DNA of 64,000 nt from Vermamoeba vermiformis (lineage: Eukaryota), in the NCBI GenBank assembly GCA_045837725.1, contig JBEWZL010000235.1, positions 1 through 64,000 of the forward strand, written 5' to 3'. The stretch's first letter is position 1, and each line of letters starts with the position of its first letter. Positions 1 to 13,840 of the stretch are shown piece after piece. Under the pieces are notes generated by a model that was not told where the DNA came from, searched no databases, and saw only the letters and a list, made by a program, of their open reading frames with translations. A program made the position numbers and the translations under genes.

Positions 1-1321
1 TGACTCCCGTAGTTATTATCCCTTCCTTGATCGGCTCCAAAATCCGAATCAAGCTGGAGAACCGAAATTCGCACTGGTAGGTCAAATTGCAATATTTTAA
101 TATCTTAGTATTAATAGTAATATGCATCAAAGGTATTGCGAAAGTAATTCAGACTGGTACACCCTTTGGGTCCCAAATTTTAAGACGACTTTCTTGCCCT
201 ACATAGCTACGTGCTGGCTCGATAACATCTCTCTTGACTATAATATGACCACTCATCGGGGAGACCTTCCTCAAGGTATGCTCGCGTCACGCCCAGTTTA
301 AGCTTAAGTTGGGCTGACAGTTGCATCTAGGTGTTGTCATGGCCCCCTGGGCAGACTATGGAGGTGTCGCAGATGTTGAATATCTGGACGACGCCAAGCA
401 AGTCGGTGTTTGGAACGATGTCATTGGCTTGTTAAAAAAAGCAGGTAAGTCCTTGACTTGATTTAATGGGATGACGCTGATCTAAAAAATACAGGTTACA
501 CGGTCGGAAAGAACCTCCGCGCAGCTCCGTACGATTGGAGAATATCTCCTGCGCAATACCAAAGCGATTTTAAAGCGTTGAAGACGTTGATCGAAGAAAC
601 CTACTATAAGAACGGCAACAGATCCGTAGCATTGGCTTCGCTTAGTATGGGCGGTAGCTATACCATATTCTTTTTGAATACGTTTGTCTCGCAAGAATGG
701 AAAGACAAGTACATCCACAGCTGGACGTCGTTCTGCGGCCCATTCGGTGGCAGTGCCATTGCTATGGCTGCTCTAGCCTCGTCTTACAATAAGTTTGGCA
801 TACCTCGGTACATCTTGTCCAACGAACAGATCTTGAGCATGACTCAGTCATTTGGATCCGTCTACTGGCTGCTACCGTTTGAACAGATCTACGGTGACAT
901 GCCAATCGGCATAACTCCCATGCAGAACTACACTTCTGCAGACTTCGAACAGCTCTTCCAAGGTCTTGGCAACGCTGAAGGCGCCGATATGTACGCGCGC
1001 ATGCAATTCGCACGCACAATGCAAGCACCTGGAGTACCCATGAATTGCATCCACGGGTGGAATGTATCGACACCGCACCAGATCGTGTATGAGTCATCTA
1101 ATTTATATTCGTCCAATACGACATATATTACTGGCGATGGAGATGGAACCGTGCCAATCAAAGGCTTGACTATTTGCGACAAGTGGAAGCAAGACCAACA
1201 GCAACCGATCAGTTCTTATCCCATCGCCAACATGGTGCACGGTTCGAGCGTAAAAAATCCCGTTGCCATCGAGGTCTTCCTCAATTCTTTGGGCATTGAG
1301 TCAAGTTATGACGAAAAATAA
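1..1321 (+). CDS. LCAT / group XV (lysosomal) phospholipase A2-like lipase, spliced, 5' end runs off the window
   Basis: Spliced translation gives TPVVIIPSLIGSKI..YCESNSDWYTLW..CWLDNISL..GYTVGKNLRAAPYDWR..SLSMGG (nucleophile Ser)..GDGDGTVP (Asp)..MVHG (His), the LCAT-family motif order. There are three short GT-AG introns before ~495. Confidence 0.9.
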
Positions 1322-1740
1322 AAGCAAGGATAATATTCGATTTTTTTTTGAACACAATAAAATCTAATTTTGATTGAAAAATTAAACGAGACATTACTTT
1401 CATTATTATAACTATTTGTGGCCGCAATATTTTTACGAACAATTAATTTCACTGGATTGAAAAACTAAATTTTGTATCAAAATCTTACCGGGGACGGGAG
1501 CACCGAACGCATTAATTGTTTGCGTTGCTTGCGTACGTAGTTGATTAGTGTGTTGTTCGACTATGAATCTCGTTTTGATTGTGTTCAGAAGTTTCGAACA
1601 AAAAATCAACTGACATGCCCAGATCAACACAAAACTCGATTTCGCAACGTTTGATTGAATGAAGCAGAATGTTGCAGCGAGGTTTAGGTATTTAATGTAA
1701 AATACTTGCTCCAATTTGGTTCTAATCTTTTTTTTTTGAA

Positions 1741-4700
1741 GTCGTTGTGATCTTGCTTGGATGCCTCCTATTTAATTTTTCCTTCGGTAAATATTCATAA
1801 CAATACACTGTTAATTTAATGCACACCGTAGTACATATATATACGACATATATATTCCACTTTTATTAATGGACGCGTGTCAACATCCGAAAAGCGTAAT
1901 TAATATTTATTCTTCTAGGCTGTTTTACTAGATCATTTTCATTAACATCGAAGCGAGAAGGTCCTACAATAACCGCAATTAACAATTTCATAACATTTGC
2001 TGGTGGACAATCGATCGGATCTTATGCAGTTCTGTCAGATGTCATCGACGTATACGATATCAACGTTGGAAGAATAACAAAGACAATGCGCTTATTCACT
2101 CCGAGATTTCAAATGGTCTCAGCCGTACACGGATCGAGTTTATTTTTGGCGGGCGGATTTCAAGCAATCCCAAACGGTGACTTTTATTTCAAATCCACCT
2201 TATTAGAAGTATACGATTTAGACACGTATACGTCATGGAACACTACTCTCAATTCAGAAATCCATTCAGCAGCAGTGACAGTCGGATCCAAAGTCATGTT
2301 TTACTCGCAAGGCAACCCAATTACGCTCATTGATATTTATGACACCGAAGACCATACTCTCGAATTCACACTCAGAAGAAGGTACTACGCGGCTACTGCA
2401 GTCGGAGATAACGCCTACTTCATTTCGAACTACCAGATGGACGTATATTCAGCGACAAATGAGACCTGGACCCAGATCCCGTTCATCGAAGACATCAAAG
2501 AAACAATTTTGACAGCCATGACAATACAAGATACTATTTATATTATTACTACTACGTCAATAATATCGGTTAACGAAGAGACTGGCGATAAAATTACAGA
2601 AGTCAAGCTGAATTTTGGATACATCGGAGTTAACTCCGTCGTCGGAACAACTATTTATTTGACAGTCGGTGATTCAGTGAACAGCATCAGCACGATATTT
2701 ACGTACGACGTGTTAATGAAACAGCAAATTTCTTGGAACTTCACTCCGTACAGTTTTGGATCTTCGGTGAAACTTGCGGCCAGTGACGAGAAGTTGTATA
2801 TTACTGGCTGGAAAACTAATAACGGCCAAGAGCAAAGCACTGACGTCGTGATTTATGACACGGAGAATGCCCGTCATAAAGTCATTCACTCGCCTGGCTT
2901 CGCCATTCAAACGATGTACGAGTACCAAGACAAATTGTTCTTAGTCGACATGTTCATGGATTCAAAACCATTCATCAAGATGTACGACCTTATTAGAGGC
3001 ACGTGGAGAGAATGGAACATATCAGATCCGCGTCAAAATTTGCTCGTCACAGCGGCAAACGACAACGTGTATTTCTACGGCGGATTTTATCGAAGCAATC
3101 AACGCAACCCATCGCCATCGCTTGATGTATATAACATAGCAACAGATCGATGGAGTTACTATCAAATCCCAACGCTTGGAAGAACTGCAGCAGCGCATCA
3201 GAACTACGTGTTTTTCTTCAGCAACATTTCGGGCAGCGAGTTGACAGACACCGTGGACATATTTGAAAGCATCTCTGGGACCTGGTCGAGCTACAAACTA
3301 TCCGTGGCCTCCATCTACTATCGCTACGTCTTGACCAAAGACAAATTCTTCATTTTTGCACGCAACTTGGCCGCCAGTTTTGACGCGTTTGACTTGACCA
3401 CGAAACAATGGAGGACGATTTTCCTGCAAACTCCACGTGATGTTTATAGCGTCTTAAGAAGCCGAAACAACATTTTCATTGCTGGAGGTGTCGATCAGAA
3501 CGGAAAATTACTTTCGTCGGTCGAGATCTACGACACCGAAACTTTTCAACTCGTCCACGTGTTCGTCTTGGCTGAGGGTAGAACACAAATGCAAGTCATA
3601 AACGCGTATCCGTTGGCAGTATTTATCAGCGGATTTCCTGGAACAGTTCGATTGACAGGGACAGTTGACATTTACAACATTGAAACAAAAATGTTAAATC
3701 AGACACAGCTCAAGCAACCTGAACGACTTAACGCGAATTTTGGAGCGTCATTAGCGAACAACAAGATCTATATTCGATTCAATAACTACCTGTCGTACAT
3801 TGATTTGAGGACCTTCAGAGTGTCAGATCCAGCACCCAATTTTCCGCTCATTACTGGAGGCTATAATCACGTGATACGAAACAACATTGTATTCTACGGC
3901 GCAGAGTCCTCCAACGGCATGTTTTTTTTCTTCGAAACAACGACAAACACGCACTTCAGCATGATATCACCTCACTACAACCCCACGCCTAACATGCGCA
4001 CGACACTTGTATGGAGAAACAAGCTTATCGTTTATTTGCAAGGCCTAGTGATTATAGAAGTACCAGTCTTCGAGAATGAATTGAAAGATCAAGATTTATT
4101 TTACAACCAATCGACGGCCTTGGCAGTGAACGCACAAGGCAACGGACTTAGATATAAATGGCTATTTGATTCGACGCACGTGCTCGCCGAAAATAGTTCA
4201 ACGTTGTACTGGACTCCGGCCAAGTTCAGCGAAGGCCTATTCACCGTGAAAGTCCTTGACAGCTGTTTATCGCCAATGCAACAATCTGCAAAGATCAGAA
4301 TCATTGGCCCGCCAGTTTTCAATCAAGTCATATACGATAAGATCGTTCTATGTGATGCACCGCCATTGACAATAGCAGCCCAAGCTGACGGCAAACAAGC
4401 CAGTTATAATTGGGAAGTTAACGGACATCGCGTTAACGTTCATAATAACGAATTGATCGTTGACCCTGAATCTTTGCCCTGCGACGAAACTCATCAAATT
4501 TGCGTGATTGCGACAAATCCATCAGGAAGCAACAAAGATTGTGCCCAACTTGACGTTTTGAACGTTTCAAGGATTTTCACTGGTCCGCGAGAAAAAGACG
4601 CGACTTACTTCAAATCGTACGACGAAGAAATTGCCATAGAAGTTATAATTAAGGACGATAGGTGCACGAATCATACGTGGTACAAAGACAACGAAATGAT

Positions 4701-6327
4701 CAAAGGAGCAATTTTCACCGATTTTTACAGCGCATATTTTATTACGATCACTAAGCTCAATGAAGCCTCAAAATACCACGTGGTGGCCAATTGCGGCAGA
4801 TCCACAGTTAGATCACTCACATATCAAATTCAAATGCCAGCGGTACCTTTATATGCAGTAGTATTGATCGTAGTGTTTCTGGTCTTGTTACTGGCCGGCT
4901 TAGTTTCCGCCGGATTTTTCGTTCGAAAACGATTCAGACGAAGCAAGAAGAAAGAAATCGAACTCAAGACGTTATTAAACGAAGCCAACAAAGAAATGAT
5001 GACCAAATCAGACGCACAAATCATTACAGCTTCATCATGGGAATGGTCCCCGGACAAGTCATTTTCTTATTGCTCGCTGGATAAGTTCCCTGTCAACGTT
5101 GACACGTCAAATCTTGGATTCAATAGCAAAAAAGCTGATCCCGTAGACGTTGGTATTTGGACACAAGGCGTGATAGTTATCTCGTCCAAGCGAAAAAAGA
5201 ACACGTTTTTAAGCCAAAGTTTGTTGGATCCGACCATTGACATTTACGCACCAACATCGCCCAAATTCGACATCAAAGTCGATCCTTTGTCTTTCACCGT
5301 TGACGCTGGATCAGTCGTTACAATTACAGTCTCGATCAATTTGAAGATGACGACGAAGACCAAGGTCAGACTAGTCGTAGTTGAAGATCATCAGAAGATT
5401 TATTCGTCCATCGACTTCACTATCGTTAGCAAGCCTTCTCCATGGATCGATATTGACGACGTTGAAATGAGTGACGAGATCCTAGGACAAGGAGGGTAAG
5501 TCAAAAGTGACATGACACGTGTCATGAGATGTCAACTAATCTGAACGAAATTTAGATTTGGAACTGTCAAACGAGGAACTTACAAAGGACAAGACGTTGC
5601 TGCTAAAATGTTGATGAGCCAGTACTTGCCCGAGCAATCACAAAAAGAATTTGAACGAGAAGTTGCAGTCATGAAAAGTCTTCATCACCCCAACATTGTG
5701 CAGTTTGTCGGAGCCTCGAATGTGCAAGGAAAACTCGCTCTGGTAACCGAATTTGCTCCACTTGGCAACCTCGCTACTGTGCTCGCAGAACGTTATGTTC
5801 CGTACAATATGAAGCTCGTCATATTGCTCGAGATTGCACGTGCCATTCAGTTCCTGCACTCGAACAACATTATTCACCGCGACATCAAGCCATTGAACGT
5901 GCTCGTCTTCTCACTTGAAACGAAGTCAACAGTGCACGTCAAATTGACAGATTTTGGCACTTCCAAATTTGTCTCGGATCACACGATGACGATGACACAG
6001 AACACTGGCACGATCAAGTACATGGCCCCTGAAACACTTGGCAAAAAGCCGAGGTTTGACACGAGCGCAGATTTGTATAGTTTTGCGATCTTAATGTGGG
6101 AAGTGATGACGAACAGCGACGCTTTCAGCGAGGCGAGATTTCAATGGAATTCCGAGATCGAGATGCACGTGCTCGCTGGCAATCGCCTACCAGTGCCAAG
6201 AGAATTAGATTCACGCGTAGCCAAGCTCATCGAAGATTGCTGGCACCAAGATACATCGCAGCGGCCTTCAATTACAACCGTCATACAACAACTCTCTTCA
6301 TTAGTCTACGAACAAATCTACCAATGA
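1741..6327 (+). CDS. Receptor-like TKL kinase: Kelch-repeat propellers, Ig-like domains, one TM helix, juxtamembrane domain, kinase
   Basis: The ORF is open from ~1919 with Kelch-like FAGG..DVYD repeats, Ig-like YKWLF/YNWEV..C segments and a TM helix (AVVLIVVFLVLLLAGLVSAGFFV-RKR). Intron 5496-5554 joins GQGG|FGTV; HRDIKPLN, DFG and APE are intact. A hydrophobic signal-like exon lies at ~1741-1786; the start codon is unresolved. Confidence 0.85.
5511..5526. promoter_or_regulatory. Representative copy of the recurrent palindrome TGACACGTGTCA (here extended to 16 bp, intronic)
   Basis: catgacacgtgtcatg. Other perfect 12-mers start at 6362, 11770, 32207, 32291, 34249 and 43620. Confidence 0.6.
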
Positions 6328-6461
6328 TGAAATATTTGGTTTTTAGGGGGTGGGAGGAAGGTGACACGTGTCATCATCGGAAATTTCAAGCGAGATTGTG
6401 CGTGTAAAATTTTCTACGTGGAAAGCTGAAGCAAGATGATCTCGAGAACGAACTCGTTATT

Positions 6462-7640
6462 TTATGACAAATAACTTGAATGGAGATAATCTATAATCTC
6501 GAAATCTCTCGGCGGAGCTCTCCAGAACTGCTTGAAATCTCCCAACGTCTCTGAAGTGAATTCTTTTCGTTTTTCATCCCGAATCTCTTTCCAAGTCTTC
6601 AATAAATGGCCGTATTTGTGGACTAACGGGTGATCGTCTTCTTGAATTGTTTGAGGCAGATCCGGCCGCCTGAACAAAAACTGTTAACTATGTTATATAC
6701 TATACGATTATAGCATCATAATTATGCTTACTGGAAAGTTACTTCGTGGTTTTCTATAACAAAAATTTTGGTAAAACTGTTGCGTGATGGATCTATGTCC
6801 CAATCGCAACTATCTCGAGCGACAATATCAACATTAATATTATTGTCCTTTAGCATTTTTGGTATTTTGTCCGTTGAGGGGAGTAGCAGGTAGTTAAAAA
6901 ACGAGTAATACAGAATTCCTCCTCGATCGAACTGATCCGTAAATACAGTCGGATCAAATTGATTACTCGTTTCCTAATTATAAAAGGGTTACTATGAATA
7001 AGAAATTAGCTTTGTAAGTCCTAACTTGCTAAAGCAAACGTTTGAGCTAAATCTGGCTTACCGATTTTAAGTTTTTGATAGCTTGAATGAAGGCATCTCT
7101 TTCTTCAAAATTTAAATTAAAAGCTATTTTTTTTTCCAGGTCCTGTTTTAGAGCTGGGACAACAAGTGGAATCCTGTCGACTATTTTTGCTAGCAGATCG
7201 TCAGGTAACCCTTCTATATCTGATCTTTGTAGACCATTGGTTTGATATTTATCCAAAATCTGTATTAAAATTCAAAGGTGAGCTGAATTTTGCCAACAAA
7301 GTGGCGTAAGTCTTTAAAATTGAAAATTACGAGAGTATATCACTTAAAACCGACGATAAGGAATGTATATAAATATCCCAATATATCTATATTTATTTCG
7401 AGGTGATTATTCCAAATTGAAAAAATGTGAAACTTGTTTTACCTTCTGCGCCAAGATCTGCTGTAAAGTTAACTGATTTGAGTCTTCAATTGTTACATAT
7501 GGGTACATATTAGCAAACCCGCACGACTCTGGATTAAAAAATCGGTAGTTGTCGCCAGTTTGAACTAATCGAATCCATTTTCTGCATTCCCGAATAGGAC
7601 CAACCACGACTAGACTTTGAAACAAATATACATCCACCAT
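6462..7640 (-). CDS. Uncharacterised four-exon protein
   Basis: Open segments at ~7443-7640, 7060-7260, 6732-6974 and 6462-6670 are flanked by plausible splice sites. No motif recognised. Confidence 0.55.
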
Positions 7641-7826
7641 GCTTGCTACTCAATATAATAATAACAAAGATTAAAGATTATCAATAATAGAACAATTTGA
7701 AAAGCAAAAAACACCGGGCAAAATTTTTAAGCGTGCGTTTGCATGAAGTAAAAGATACAGGGTTATTTCCTCATAGTCTAATTAATTGATAACAACACCT
7801 TTCCTTTTGAAATACCTTATTTGACA

Positions 7827-9232
7827 ATGGATAAGATAGAATCCGCCGATGCCGCGCGCAATTTCAAACTCATTCTCGTAGGACGAAAGAAGATTCAGTG
7901 CGATGAATGGGAAAAGCTATTTTCTAAATATAAGAATGTATCAGGTAATTATTGACCGTAAACACGCACACCAGAATGACATCTAGCCCGCAGAAGTTTT
8001 GATCTCCGACGTATTAATTTATAATATTTAATTAGTAATCGAAACGTACTTCGAGGACTTACCAGAGTTTGATTGCATGGTCAGCGCAGCTAATAGCTTT
8101 GGCCTAATGGTTAGATAATTCTTGACTGACAAATCCGACGTGTCTATCTAATGCGTACTATATAATTTAGGATGGTGGAGTAGACCTAGCAATAACAAAT
8201 TTTTTTGTAAGTGTTTACTCTCAGAAGCCGAGTTTAAACTTGAGCTATCGAATCTGAGAACTTATTCTTTTTACTTGCAAGGGCCCACAAACGCCAGATA
8301 ATGCACAAAAAGTTGTAAAAGAAGAATTTGACGGTAAGATTTTAACTAGATGAGGTTTTTCGATCAATTGAATTTTAACTTGAGATCCGTCATTAGGCGA
8401 ACAACCAGTCGGCACCAGCTTTATCTTTGAGACTGGAGTACGTATCTACCGACAATAGGTGTCGGTTATTATGCGTTGCTAATATAGTGCTTAGAATGAC
8501 AAGCATCCTTATGTCGCACACACGCCTACAATGCGCGTGCCAACCAGCATTCGTGTACGTCAAAATGATTTAGAGCTAAAAAGTTAATTTATATTTACTA
8601 AGCTTTGTATTTATTAACAATTTATATATATATAGAACACTGACTACGTATATTTGGCAATGAAAGCAATGGTAAAATTATTTCTGGGACTTTTCTTTGC
8701 CACAGTGGTAATCTAATCTTGTTTTCATTGAACCACTCAGCTCCGAGCAGTTTACAATCACAATTTGACCAGTGAACGAAAAATCAATATCGTGGCCTGC
8801 CCTGCTTTAGGCGCTCTCACTGGCCAAGTAGATCCAGGTACGTAATAATACTTTTTTTTTTTAATATGACCCACAAGATTTACTATAAGACGCTACGTAA
8901 TGCCTTTACTAATGCAAATGAATGTATAGATGAGGTCGCGCGTCAAATGGAGCTAGCGTACAGAAATTTCTTGTTTCCGCTGACTGAAATTCACTGGGGC
9001 ACCGCACAACAGCGACAAAAAGAAATCAAGTACGGAGGATACTTCAAAGAGCCTAATATTGCAGTAATTAAGGTAATGACTGCCTTATTATATTAATGAC
9101 GACTAATTGTAGTGTTGCTTTTAGGCCGTCCCTCCGCCTGCACCAAAACCGCTGAACAAATTAGCTGCCGTCAGTGCGTTCATATTTGGTGCTGTATTTG
9201 CGACTATAATTAGTGCAGTTAGACGCAAATAG
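7827..9232 (+). CDS. Macro-domain (ADP-ribose binding/processing) protein with a C-terminal hydrophobic tail, ~10 exons
   Basis: Spliced translation contains FDCMVSAANSFGLMDGGVDLAITNFFG..GEQPVGTS..PYVAHTPTMRVP..VACPALGALTG, and ends AAVSAFIFGAVFATIISAVRRK*. Confidence 0.85.
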
Positions 9233-9519
9233 GCATATAATATAAAAAGCTCAACTCCGCTAGGAAGTACGATCCGGTACACTCGATCTACCTTTCATAC
9301 TTCCAAGCTGATTAATATGACCTTAAGCCTTGTTACGAAACACTCCTCTAATTTCGGAGACGTATCGTGATAGCACGTGCTTAGTCTTAAATAGTAAGTA
9401 TATCGAGTAGTCGCGTGACTGCGGAAAGTATACAAAAACGCAAAATTGACAACAAAATGTTAATCTCAATACTTAAAAACAACTCAACAATAACGATATT
9501 AATATTTACCTGATACAGA

Positions 9520-10528
9520 ATGGTTATAGAATGGTTTGATCTCGCATCCTTCGTTCTTATGATTCTGCCAAACAAGGGAGTGGGAGAGAGCAAGATTATA
9601 AAAGAAGCTAAGGGAAAGACGGCCGCACCTTATATTGCTGCACGTAAATCTAACTAGAAACAAATTACACGTTTTGTTTTGAATTTGTAAATTAGGAAAA
9701 AATGTCAATAATTTTGCTTTTTTAGCCTATACATTCACAATATGGGGATTCATTTGGGCCATTAATATCTGGTTCTTGGTCGAACAAGGTAATTTTTTTC
9801 GATTTTTTCGAACTGAAATTTCTCGTCGAGATCGCCAAAACTCTCGGTCCCCTGAGTTTAATTGAAGCTTTATAGTAATGAATGGTTCTACATTACCAAT
9901 GTCTTTGCATATTATCTACATTGTTACGAATCTGCTTCAAGGAGGCTGGTCCTTAAGTGTCCTGAAAGACAAGAAAGGCCAGTCAATATTCTTTATCCAA
10001 TCTGAGCTGCCGTTATTATTCATTGCTGCAAATATCATCGCGCATACTTCAAATGTGCCTTTAAGCGCATATTTAAGTTTCATGCTTTGGTTTTCCTGGT
10101 ACGTAACGACGAGATCTCGCGAATTATGAAATCAATCGGTCATCGTAGGAACGGACCTAATATATTACTATTTTTAGGATTGCTTTAGCGACGACTATAT
10201 CAAGTAAGTTTGATTTTTTCGGATCGCGCGTAGATGCATCCACAAAACTCATTTATTTGTTCTAGTTTTTGAATTCCTTGCACGCAAATTCAATATTCCG
10301 TTCTTTTTGAGCACAACTTGGAGCTTGGTACTCGTCACATATGCGTCGGTATTGTCAGCGTACTTCTTGCTGAACAGATCTTCCGTAGCGTACACAGCTG
10401 TTACAATTTGGGGTCTGATTGGTATTTTTAACGCTAAAGTTAGTTCTAGACCGCCTATTAGATACTACGCACTGCTCATGGCCGGGGTACTGTCACTTTT
10501 GATTGTCAAACAGAAAATTGGCTTGTAA
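9520..10528 (+). CDS. Multi-pass TspO-like (tryptophan-rich sensory protein-like) membrane protein
   Basis: Motifs AAPYTFTIWGFIW, TNLLQGGW, LWFSWIALAT and AYTAVTIWGLIGI in ~7 hydrophobic segments across 5 exons. Confidence 0.55.
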
Positions 10529-10984
10529 ATAGTTGGATCGCCGACATAAATAAAGTTTTATTCTTACTATGGTCTCTAGAATTGTATTTTTCGTTATTTT
10601 AGTACTAGGAACAAGATTTATCCCACCGCGTACCGATCGGTATGAGTTGACCTGTAGATCAACGATAAGCCCTTGGTAATCTATGTTTTTTGTACTACTG
10701 CACTCTCGATAACGGTAGAGTATAATATTGCCTATTTAGAGCTTGTTCTGTAACATAATTCTAGAAAAAAATTGGATTTAGACTAACTTCCGTGTAATGC
10801 GCAAGTATGTCACTGCTAACTTGCCTAAAGTTCGATCTTAAAGTAGATATGCGTGGGCTAAATAAAGATATTTTGCAATTCTTTTTGTACCACTCGTACA
10901 CTTTGAACTTAAGATGAAAGTTCGTTATCTTTTTTGGCGATCTTCATTTCCTATGGCAAAGTAGACCTTTTATATGATACACGG

Positions 10985-13690
10985 TTACTTTTTGCCTTTA
11001 AAAAAGCATTCTAATGTCTTTTGATTGATTTCAATGGGAATTCCTCCTTCGTTCGATTTTCGTTTTTTCTTCGTTGGCGATTGTTTCGGTGACGGTAATT
11101 TTCTCTTTTCTCCGACTTTGTTAGTATTACTTGCATCAGGACTTTTGTTAGTATTCATATCACTCTTTTGTTCTTCTTTCGATTGCACGTCAGATCCGAC
11201 TTGTTTGTCAATACTCGTATAGAGGTCAATTACTTCTAATGGCGCTGTTGTCACCGTTTTTTCAGCTTTTGGCACGCTCGTAGCAGCAGCGGGATTATTT
11301 TTCACGGTTGGGCTGTTAGTACTTCCATTCACGTTATTATTCTCGCCTTTGGTAAAAAATGACTTGAAAAATTGTTTCTGTTTGTCGTTTGCAGGTGAAG
11401 TCGTTTCAGCTTCATTTTTCCACGAACTCATGCGCACGCCTAACAAACGCAACTCGCACGGGAATTCTTGTAATAGCATCTCTTTTGCGTGTACGAAAAT
11501 ATCTTCTTTTTTCATAATGTACCTGGGATGTCAATTATTAATGATTGCTATAATTGGCAATAATTTTTGGAACGTACTTATTCAGTGTCGTCGTTTTGGT
11601 TTTGAGTTCAAAATTGCTTTTCTTATAGACCAACGTCACCTTCCTCGCTTCTTTGTTGTTTTTTATCATGTCTTTCTCGACTATCGCGCAAATGCCTTGT
11701 AATTTAGCTAATAGTTTGTCTTTATCTGCAAGCGCGCTATTGGTGAAAAAATGAGTGTGACACCTTCGTTGACACGTGTCAAAGAGTGACTTACCCGAAC
11801 GTTCTTTGCCGACCAATAGATTTACGTGGTTTAATCGGCGCATGATTCGTCGCACCTAAGCCAAGCGAGGCACTAAAATTACCATAATTGGAAATGGTTT
11901 CCTAAAATGGAAATGATACTGAGTACTTACTCGAGAAAGAACTTGAATGACCGTTCAGAGAAAACTTTTTTCAGCAAAACTCTGTTCTCGTACATCTGTC
12001 CTACGGTCTCAATGCCAATGCCTTTCAATAACTGTCCGGTGACCTAAACCGACCAAAAAAATTACACGTGTCAATCACCGATCTTCATAAAAATGGTAGA
12101 ATTACCTTGCCAATGCCGGGAATTTTCTTTACGGGCTGTTTTGAAATAAAATCTACGATTACTTGTCGCTCGGCAGGTAAGATAAAATGACCGTTTGGTT
12201 TGTTAATGTCCGTGCAGATCTACCTCAAAATTAATAACAATAACTCTATTATAGATATCTATAATACGTACCTTGGCTAGTCTCTTATTTACAGCCACAC
12301 CAATGCTGCACGTGCACTGAGTGGATCTGGATTTATACAGTTAGCAAAATTTAAAAGTCTTAGTATGATACTTACTCAACGACTCGCTTTTGAATTTCAA
12401 GAACGATGTCTTTGGAATTCTTTTCGGGGTGATTTCGGAGATATTCCGTGACGTTCAACGACGCCTCGTCCAATGAATAACTTTCGTACTTCGGATCATA
12501 ATCTGCAAAGATTTGCCTGACAATTTAACTTAGAATTTATGCAATATATAACAAAGAATATCATTTCTTACCTTGTTATAGTACTGACTTGCTTATATTT
12601 ATCGAAATTGGTTTGACGAAGATCAGATCTGGGCACAACTGTTTGCCGATGAAGCCAGGCATAGCACTTCTGACACCCATCTTGCGCGCTTCATATGAAC
12701 TCGTGCTGATCATTCCAATGCCTCCCACTGCAACTGGCTTGCCTTTTAAGGCAGGATTGTCGCGGATCTCGACACTCGCATAAAATGCTAAATCCAGATA
12801 CAGTTAGGATATTAAATAATAATAATAATGTATATTATAATTATGTGATAGATCACCAAAAAAGGCTTATGAAGTGGAAAAATATGACGGCGTGAAAAAT
12901 TGTGGCGAAGATATTTTCGCGTAAAAGATAAGAAACGCATTATACATACCATCCATATCAACATGGAACCAAGTAGTATCTAATACACGTGATGCTTCAA
13001 GCTCAACGACTCGTTTGTCAATTTCATCGCGCACGGATTCATCGTCAGTCCGATCAAGTCTCTTCATACGGTCTTTCATTTCTTCAATCTGTCTATTTAC
13101 ACGTTCTTCCTTGCGCTTCTCATTTTCGTAGAATTTACTGCCCTTAATTCACCATTCAGTGAACGATCGAAAAAGTTTTTGGATGCATCCGACTTACTTT
13201 TGACAGCTGGTATATTACATTATTTACATGGTTAGTATCTACATTCTGAAGACCTGCTTTGGATTCTAAAGCGATCCTCGAAAGTCCTGGAGCGGTTGTA
13301 GCGGATCTAGTACAAAAATTAGACGAGGGACAACAGAATTATTATTTCCGAGAATTTCACAGCTAAACTAGGTCGTCAAAAAATTAAATAAAGGATATAA
13401 ATATCTTATATGACTCATATACATGCAATAGTAAAAGTGGCATGCAGATCTAACGTGTCAAAATTGGTCGGGATTTTAATTGTAATTTTATAATATCAGA
13501 ATCCGACTTACTGATCATTATTGGCGACTGTATGTGCCACAACTTTATTTGGCTCAATTTTGCTCGTCTCTTCCAGATTTTCATCGTACAAATCAAAATC
13601 CTCTTCCTCATCGGTGCTCAACTCTGCATCTAATCCGTTTTCATCCTCCTCATCCCCAAAGTCAATCAAATCAAAATCTTCGTCATCCAT
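10985..13690 (-). CDS. POLK: DNA polymerase kappa (Y-family, DinB-like)
   Basis: [69 protein letters not shown] and LRLLGVRMS. The C-terminus has an NLS-like KKKRK and a PIP-like QKTLECFF. Confidence 0.93.
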
Positions 13691-13840
13691 ATTAATATAT
13701 GTTTTTAATGCCGCTAGTTGTGCATTACTAATCGAGCGACAGGTCAAAATAAAAATGGCGCGCAAACTGAAAAATATTGATTTTATGATGGATAGCGAAT
13801 AGATATAGAATACATCAATTCAAGGATATTATTTATGTTC

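Noticed and set aside
640-660. SLSMG instead of AHSMG at the lipase nucleophile as a sign of inactivity
   Set aside because: Ser, Asp and His of the triad all appear present; the substitution is next to the catalytic residue, not at it.
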